Assembly (NCBI RefSeq): GCF_000012805.1
Contig: NC_007484.1
Span: 240,001 to 272,000, forward strand
Source of the DNA: Nitrosococcus oceani ATCC 19707
GTDB lineage: Bacteria > Pseudomonadota > Gammaproteobacteria > Nitrosococcales > Nitrosococcaceae
DNA length: 32,000 nt
Direction: 5' to 3'
Made by a program: the position numbers and the translations under genes. Of the stretch, positions 26,594-32,000 are shown piece after piece (position 1 is the first letter of the stretch; each line of letters opens with the position of its first letter). Under the pieces are notes generated by a model. That model ran no database searches. It was not told the origin of the DNA and was given only the letters and a program-made list of their open reading frames with translations.

Positions 26594-28045
26594 ATGCAGC
26601 TTGCCGTGGTTCAGCGGATTTTAGGGTTGTTGCTGGCCCTCTTTAGTACCGCTATGCTTCCGCCAGTCATAGTTTCCCTATTTTACCGGGATGGTGCGGG
26701 GGCCGAGTTTCTAATCGCCTTTGGCCTGATACTAGGCATTGGTTTGCTGTGTTGGCTACCGGTACGTAATTATCGGCAGGAGCTACGGCTGCGTGATGGG
26801 TTTGTGGTAGTAGTTATGTTCTGGGTGGTTTTAAGTCTTTCTGGAGCTTTGCCCCTTTTTTTAACCGCTGAGCCCCGCTTGTCTTTTACTGATGCTGTAT
26901 TCGAGTCCGTTTCTGGCCTGACGACTACCGGAGCTACGGTGATTACCGGGCTCGATAACTTGCCTAAATCCGTGTTGTTTTATCGGCAAGAATTGCAGTG
27001 GTTAGGGGGCATGGGTATTGTGGTTTTGGCGGTAGCTATTTTGCCCATGCTGGGTATTGGTGGCATGCAGCTTTACCGGGCAGAAATTCCAGGCCCCATG
27101 AAAACGACCAAGCTTACCCCCCGTATTGCTGAGACGGCTAAAGCCCTGTGGTTGATTTATCTAGGTTTGACGATAGCTTGTGCGACCGCTTATTGGATAG
27201 CGGGTATGACCCTATTCGATGCTGTTGGCCACAGTTTTTCAACGATTGCTATTGGCGGTTTTTCTACCCATGATGCCAGCATGGGCTATTTTAATAGTCC
27301 ACTTATTGAGATGATCGCGGTATTTTTTATGCTGCTTGCTGGGGTCAATTTTTCCCTCCATTTTCTTGCCTGGCGCCATCGGACGGTAGGCCATTACTGG
27401 CAAGATGAGGAATTTCGGACTTATCTATCCGTGCTTGCTGGGGTCGCGGCATTGACTTCCAGTTATCTCTGGATAACACATAGCTTCGATAATCCGCTTT
27501 TGGCCCTCCAGCATGGTATTTTTCATACGGTCTCTATTGGTACTACCACCGGATTTACCTCTAGTGACTATTATAGCTGGCCCGGTTTCCTTCCTATTCT
27601 GCTATTGATGACCAGTTATATCGGTGGGTGTGCCGCTTCTACCGCTGGTGGTATGAAGGTTATTCGTATTTTATTGCTTTATAAGCAAGGGGTGCGGGAG
27701 ATCAAGCGGTTGATTCACCCAAGCGCCATCATACCTATCAAAATTGGGAGTAAAAGCTTACCAGATAGGATTGTAGAGGGGGTAGGCGGGTTTATGGCGG
27801 TCTATGTGGCCTGTTTTATCGTGATGTATTTGCTGTTGCTAGCGACAGGGTTAGATATGATTACCTCGTTTTCCGCGGTAACCGCGTGTCTCAATAATTT
27901 AGGCCCTGGATTGGGTCAAGTGGGCGCTCATTACGAGGTTATTAATGCCGCCTCTAAATGGGTGTTGTGTTTTGCGATGTTGTTGGGCCGCTTAGAAATT
28001 TTTACCCTACTGGTTATTCTGAGCCCAACCTTTTGGCGTCGATAA
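26594..28045 (+). CDS. trkH: Trk-type potassium uptake protein TrkH
   Basis: About 483-aa polytopic protein with GLTTTGATV, GGMGIV, TIAIGGFSTHD, GTTTGF, STAGG.KV.R and NN.GPG selectivity-filter-like repeats. I chose the ATG at 26594, 8 nt after the lnt stop; the track start at 26552 overlaps lnt. Confidence 0.93.
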   Translation: MQLAVVQRILGLLLALFSTAMLPPVIVSLFYRDGAGAEFLIAFGLILGIGLLCWLPVRNYRQELRLRDGFVVVVMFWVVLSLSGALPLFLTAEPRLSFTDAVFESVSGLTTTGATVITGLDNLPKSVLFYRQELQWLGGMGIVVLAVAILPMLGIGGMQLYRAEIPGPMKTTKLTPRIAETAKALWLIYLGLTIACATAYWIAGMTLFDAVGHSFSTIAIGGFSTHDASMGYFNSPLIEMIAVFFMLLAGVNFSLHFLAWRHRTVGHYWQDEEFRTYLSVLAGVAALTSSYLWITHSFDNPLLALQHGIFHTVSIGTTTGFTSSDYYSWPGFLPILLLMTSYIGGCAASTAGGMKVIRILLLYKQGVREIKRLIHPSAIIPIKIGSKSLPDRIVEGVGGFMAVYVACFIVMYLLLLATGLDMITSFSAVTACLNNLGPGLGQVGAHYEVINAASKWVLCFAMLLGRLEIFTLLVILSPTFWRR

Positions 28046-28106
28046 TATTGAAGAAAGGATACATAGGTAACTATTAAAGGGAAAATTCTAGCTTTAAGAC
28101 TGGAGC

Positions 28107-28135
28107 TTGCCGTGTAAAGGATGAACCGGTAGAAT
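28107..28135 (+). promoter_or_regulatory. Sigma70-type promoter candidate for rpmE
   Basis: TTGCCG (28107-28112), a 17-bp spacer, then TAGAAT (28130-28135), about 39 nt upstream of the rpmE ATG. Confidence 0.4.
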
Positions 28136-28173
28136 TTAAAGGTTTATAGAACGAAAATTTGAGAGCATTCCCT

Positions 28174-28380
28174 ATGAGGCAGGATATTCATCCCAAGTAC
28201 AGCGAAATTACGGTGACTTGTAGCTGCGGTAATAGTTTTAGTACCCGCTCGACTGCAGGCAAGGATTTTCATATAGAAGTTTGTTCTGCTTGCCACCCCT
28301 TCTATACTGGTAAGCAGAAGCTATTGGACACTGCGGGTCGGGTAGATAAATTCCGCCAAAGATACAATTTAAAATCTTAA
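28174..28380 (+). CDS. rpmE: 50S ribosomal protein L31 (zinc-ribbon form)
   Basis: MRQDIHPKY...CSCGN...[13 protein letters not shown]...GRVDKF..RY is collinear with E. coli L31. I chose the ATG at 28174; the track start at TTG 28159 adds 5 codons. Confidence 0.95.
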   Translation: MRQDIHPKYSEITVTCSCGNSFSTRSTAGKDFHIEVCSACHPFYTGKQKLLDTAGRVDKFRQRYNLKS

Positions 28381-28524
28381 TAGCCTCATCCCCTATACTC
28401 GTTTGTTTAATCCGCCGCCATATCTAGGTGGGCATTATTAGGATAATCTCTATTTTTAAAGAGTTCGGGTAGGCGAGTCCAGGGTTCATTTAAATGTCTT
28501 TACGCTCACTAAAATAGGTATGAT

Positions 28525-29841
28525 ATGCCTCTTCACTTGTTAAATCAGCCAGAGTTACTATCTCCTAGTGAGGAATTGGAAACGCCTTCTGGAGAACTGA
28601 CGAAGGAAACAGAGCAAAAGCCGACACAGGATTTAATGGCGACTGCCTTAGGCTATCATGCGGAGCCGCGGCCTGGAAAATTGGAGATCAGTATTACCAA
28701 GCCTTGCGCGACACAGCAGCAGTTGAGTTTAGCCTATAGTCCTGGAGTTTCTGTACCGGTGGGAGCTATTGTGGCTGATCCTGAAGCTGTCTATCGTTAT
28801 ACCGCTAAGGGTAATTTGGTTGCGGTAATTACCGATGGCAGCGCCGTATTGGGGTTGGGAAATACAGGTCCTTTGGCCAGCAAACCCGTGATGGAAGGCA
28901 AGGCGGTTTTGTTTAAGTCTTTCGCCGGGCTAGATGCTATCGATATCGAAGTAGAGGCGGAGTCTCCCGAGGCCTTCGTGGATACAGTAGCCCGTATCTC
29001 ACCGACTTTTGGCGGAATCAATCTGGAGGATATTGCCGCACCTCACTGTTTTATGATCGAGCAAGCCCTTATTGAGCGTCTGGATATCCCGGTTCTGCAT
29101 GATGACCAGCATGGTACGGCCATCACAATTGCGGCAGCGCTTCAAAATGCCCTGGAATTGCAGGGAAAATCTTTACCAGAGGCCCGAATCGTTTGTGTGG
29201 GTGCTGGGGCGGCTGGGATTGCAACGCTTCGGCTGCTGGTTGCCCTAGGTCTGGATCAGGAGAACATTTTACTCGTTGATCGCCAAGGGGTTATTCGCGA
29301 AGAGAGCCAAGCACCGCATTCTTATTGCCGTCCTTTTATCTCTTCCTCGCCAAAGCGTACCCTAGAAGAAGCGATAGAGGGGGCGGATGTCTTTATTGGC
29401 GTGGCGGCTCCCAATCTGTTGACTATGGAGATGCTAAAATCCATGGCTTCACGCCCTATTGTCTTTGCACTTTCTAACCCGGATCCAGAGATAGATCCAG
29501 GTTTAGCCCATGCCGCTCGTGATGATTTAATCTTGGCTACCGGCCGCACCGACTATCCCAACCAGGTAAATAATGTATTAGTTTTTCCTTTCTTGTTCCG
29601 CGCTGCCCTCAATGTTCGTGCCCGATGCATTAATGATGCAATGAAGCTTGCGGCAGTGCGAGCATTGGTTGAGCTGACAAAGGAGCCAGTTCCCAAACAA
29701 GTGCTTGAAGCTTATGGCGAGCAGCAACTTGCTTTCGGAGCCAATTACATTCTTCCCAAGCCACTGGATCCCCGTTTAAGAGAGTTTGTGACGATGGCTA
29801 TTACTCAAGCAGCCATTGAGTCGGGGATAGCACGAATTTAA
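28525..29841 (+). CDS. NAD(P)-dependent malic enzyme, short form without a phosphotransacetylase-like domain
   Basis: LAYSPGV, GNLVAVITDGSAVLGLGN.GP.ASKPVMEGK, FGGINLEDI, HDDQHGTA, the Rossmann GAGAAGIA, and ALSNPDPEI. The first 37 aa are acidic, low-complexity and not family-like; the ATG at 28636 (MATALGYH, with AGGA upstream) is a credible alternative start. Confidence 0.9.
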   Translation: MPLHLLNQPELLSPSEELETPSGELTKETEQKPTQDLMATALGYHAEPRPGKLEISITKPCATQQQLSLAYSPGVSVPVGAIVADPEAVYRYTAKGNLVAVITDGSAVLGLGNTGPLASKPVMEGKAVLFKSFAGLDAIDIEVEAESPEAFVDTVARISPTFGGINLEDIAAPHCFMIEQALIERLDIPVLHDDQHGTAITIAAALQNALELQGKSLPEARIVCVGAGAAGIATLRLLVALGLDQENILLVDRQGVIREESQAPHSYCRPFISSSPKRTLEEAIEGADVFIGVAAPNLLTMEMLKSMASRPIVFALSNPDPEIDPGLAHAARDDLILATGRTDYPNQVNNVLVFPFLFRAALNVRARCINDAMKLAAVRALVELTKEPVPKQVLEAYGEQQLAFGANYILPKPLDPRLREFVTMAITQAAIESGIARI

Positions 29842-30452
29842 TCTGCGGTTTGAGCTTTTGTCTCAAGTAGAGATTGTACTTTCTTGCGCCCTGCCCGGCG
29901 CATGGGTTTTCCATCGATGGGGCTGAGCGGTGCGTGGCGCGTAGCTGCCGGAGGAAATACAGTCAGTTCCACGGCAACTTCTCCCGCTATAAAACGGTAA
30001 ACTGGGAAATTTTGAAATAGTTTAGGGGAAAGAGATAGTTGCCGGGATCTTAATTGGAAGGGAATTCCTGCTTCCGTGAGAAATATTGCAACTTCTTCCC
30101 CAGTATCAGCGAAGAGATGGAGATTAATATCTGAATATTCAGAAGCCAGTCCGCTAAGCACCGAACCAACGAGGCGCGGGTTAAAGCGGGAAAAAAAATC
30201 CATTGCTTCTAATGCTGTTTGACGCAACTTTTCCACGGTAGCAGGCTGGGACTTTGATTTAAATAGGCGTAAATAGGCACCCACTGCTTGCTCTATTTCT
30301 TGGTTAGTGGGCAAGTTTCTAGTATCTGCGGCACCTAGAAAGGCGGCTGCCTTGCGCTTAGCTTGATAGTAGTTCTTAATTCCGTGTTCGACCATGAACC
30401 GCGCTGCCTCTGTAGCGATATATTCCCTCATTTGCTGGTCTTTTTTAGGCAT
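29838..30452 (-). CDS. Hypothetical protein, possibly a degenerate Pol-beta-type nucleotidyltransferase fold
   Basis: 204-aa ORF lying 17 nt downstream of the mrcA stop on the same strand. The segment LVGSVLSGLASEYSDINLHLF fits hG[GS]-x10-D-h-[DE]-h except that Asn replaces the second carboxylate. Its stop shares the tetranucleotide TTAA (29838-29841) with the convergent malic enzyme stop. Confidence 0.6.
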   Translation of the reverse strand: MPKKDQQMREYIATEAARFMVEHGIKNYYQAKRKAAAFLGAADTRNLPTNQEIEQAVGAYLRLFKSKSQPATVEKLRQTALEAMDFFSRFNPRLVGSVLSGLASEYSDINLHLFADTGEEVAIFLTEAGIPFQLRSRQLSLSPKLFQNFPVYRFIAGEVAVELTVFPPAATRHAPLSPIDGKPMRRAGRKKVQSLLETKAQTAD

Positions 30453-30469
30453 AATCGCTATCCCATTAT

Positions 30470-32000
30470 TTAAAATAACCGTTCGGCAACGGGGGTATCC
30501 GTCTTTGTACTGCCGTCGCTGCCCTCGCTACTTGAATCATCGTATCTGGTAGGGGCGTGTCCAGCAATAAAAGTTTCAAAAATAGCATCAGAAGCATTAG
30601 AGTCCGCGAGTAACCCGGTTTCAGGATCAATACGTACTGTTACCATGCCTTTAGGTGGGATAAAAGGTTTTTCTGGCGTACCATCGAGCACGGTGCCCAT
30701 ATAGTTTATCCACATTGGAAGCGCTACCCGGGCGCCTGTTTCTAAACTTCCCAATGATTCGGGCTGATCAAAACCTACCCAGCAGACAGCAACGAGTTCT
30801 GGATTAAAGCCAGAAAACCAAGCGTCATGTTGATCATTGGTTGTTCCCGTTTTGCCCGCTAAATCATTTCGCCCAAGTTTTTTAGCGCGCCGTCCCGTGC
30901 CATGGCGAATAACATCATGCAACATGCTGTTAATAAGATAGGCATTTTGTGCTGTGATTGCCCGAGGAGCCGGGTTGAATTGAGCGGATTCGGTATTTAG
31001 TAGGTCAGCAGTGAGGGTTGGATTATAGGCTTGTGTTCGTTCCGTCTTTATTTTTTCGCAGCGTTGGCAAACTTGGGCTGGGCGCGATCGAAAAATAATT
31101 TTTCCATCCGCATTCTCGGTTCGCTCAATCAGGTAGGGCTCGATAAGATAGCCCCCGTTGGCGAAGACGGCAAAACCGCGGGCCATCTCTAGAGGAGAAG
31201 CACTACCGCTGCCTAGTGCCAAGGATAAACTTTGGGGCAATTGTTCAGCTTTAAATCCAAAATTTTGTATATATTCGATGGCATAATCAATGCCTATGGC
31301 CCGCAGCAATCGAATAGAAACCAGGTTTCTGGAGTGGGTCAAGGCTGTTCTAAGACGCGTGGGACCGTAAAAACGTCCGCTATAATTTTCCGGCCGCCAG
31401 GCATTGTCTGGCCCACCAGGTTCATCCAATACTATAGGAGCATCATTGATAATGCTCGCGGCAGTATAGCCTTTATTGAGGGCAGCGGAATAGAGAAACG
31501 GCTTGAAACTAGACCCTGGTTGCCGTTGAGATTGGGTAGCTCGATTAAATTTACTTTCATAAAAATCAAAGCCCCCACTAAGCGCGGTGATGTTTCCATT
31601 GTAAGGAGAGAGTGACACAATGGCGCCCTCTACGCGAGGTCTTTGCGCTAGCCGCCACCCTCCCTTAGGTAGTGCTTCCACCCAAATAAGATCCCCTGCT
31701 TTGAGAATATCTGCGGCCTGCTTTGGTTTTTCCCCGACTGCGTTGACTTCGAGATAGGGCTGGGCCCAAGATAGCCCTTCCCAGGTGAGCATAGCCTCAC
31801 CGTCGGTTTTTGTGTAAATCCGGCTAGTTCGTTCGTCCGTCGCTAGTACCAGGGCTGGCACTAGACCATTGGCTAATCTGCGTTGCGAGAGAGCCTGCTG
31901 ATAGAATATCTCGCCGGCGTCTACCGGCAATTCGATATGCCGTTCTGGCCCGCGAAAACCATGCCGTCGATCATAGTCAAGCAGAGCCTTTCGTAAGGCG
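30470..32000 (-). CDS. mrcA: Penicillin-binding protein 1A, C-terminal part (5' end lies beyond the window)
   Basis: Transpeptidase motifs SSFK (PGSSFKPFLY), SRN (THSRNLVS) and KTG (AGKTGTTND). The frame stays open from the track start (an internal TTG at 31930) to nt 32000, reading ...ALLDYDRRHGFRGPERHIE. The glycosyltransferase domain therefore lies outside the window. Confidence 0.93.
   Translation of the reverse strand, partial: ALRKALLDYDRRHGFRGPERHIELPVDAGEIFYQQALSQRRLANGLVPALVLATDERTSRIYTKTDGEAMLTWEGLSWAQPYLEVNAVGEKPKQAADILKAGDLIWVEALPKGGWRLAQRPRVEGAIVSLSPYNGNITALSGGFDFYESKFNRATQSQRQPGSSFKPFLYSAALNKGYTAASIINDAPIVLDEPGGPDNAWRPENYSGRFYGPTRLRTALTHSRNLVSIRLLRAIGIDYAIEYIQNFGFKAEQLPQSLSLALGSGSASPLEMARGFAVFANGGYLIEPYLIERTENADGKIIFRSRPAQVCQRCEKIKTERTQAYNPTLTADLLNTESAQFNPAPRAITAQNAYLINSMLHDVIRHGTGRRAKKLGRNDLAGKTGTTNDQHDAWFSGFNPELVAVCWVGFDQPESLGSLETGARVALPMWINYMGTVLDGTPEKPFIPPKGMVTVRIDPETGLLADSNASDAIFETFIAGHAPTRYDDSSSEGSDGSTKTDTPVAERLF

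Overview
This window is mostly conserved core genome from a Gram-negative bacterium. The synteny looks non-enteric gammaproteobacterial (rpsF-rpsR-rplI without priB; rpmE, malic enzyme, then ponA/mrcA), but I cannot name the species from sequence alone. Genes in order: nfi, a stand-alone amylosucrase, rlmB, rpsF-rpsR-rplI, dnaB, alr, radA, a disrupted MASE1-PAS-PAS-GGDEF-EAL c-di-GMP gene, hemJ, lpxD, three minus-strand envelope or secreted genes of unclear role (Kelch propeller, orphan membrane protein, protein made only of PPC domains), lgt-thyA-folA, radC, miaB-phoH-ybeY-corC-lnt, trkH, rpmE, a short malic enzyme, a 204-aa hypothetical, and the 3' two thirds of mrcA (PBP1A), which runs off the right edge. 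I found no rRNA, tRNA, CRISPR array, transposase, integrase, phage gene or recognisable defence or toxin module. I do not see a convincing new multi-gene system. The strongest signal is a base-perfect 170-bp tandem duplication (11078-11417) that frameshifts and splits the c-di-GMP gene; removing one copy restores a single 1005-codon ORF. Secondary items are the lpxD-lgt accessory trio (14.3-17.7 kb), a repeat-containing Arg/Gly/Asp/Glu-rich C-terminal extension on ribosomal protein S6, and a few context oddities. All family calls rest on motifs read by eye and remembered family signatures; no searches were run.
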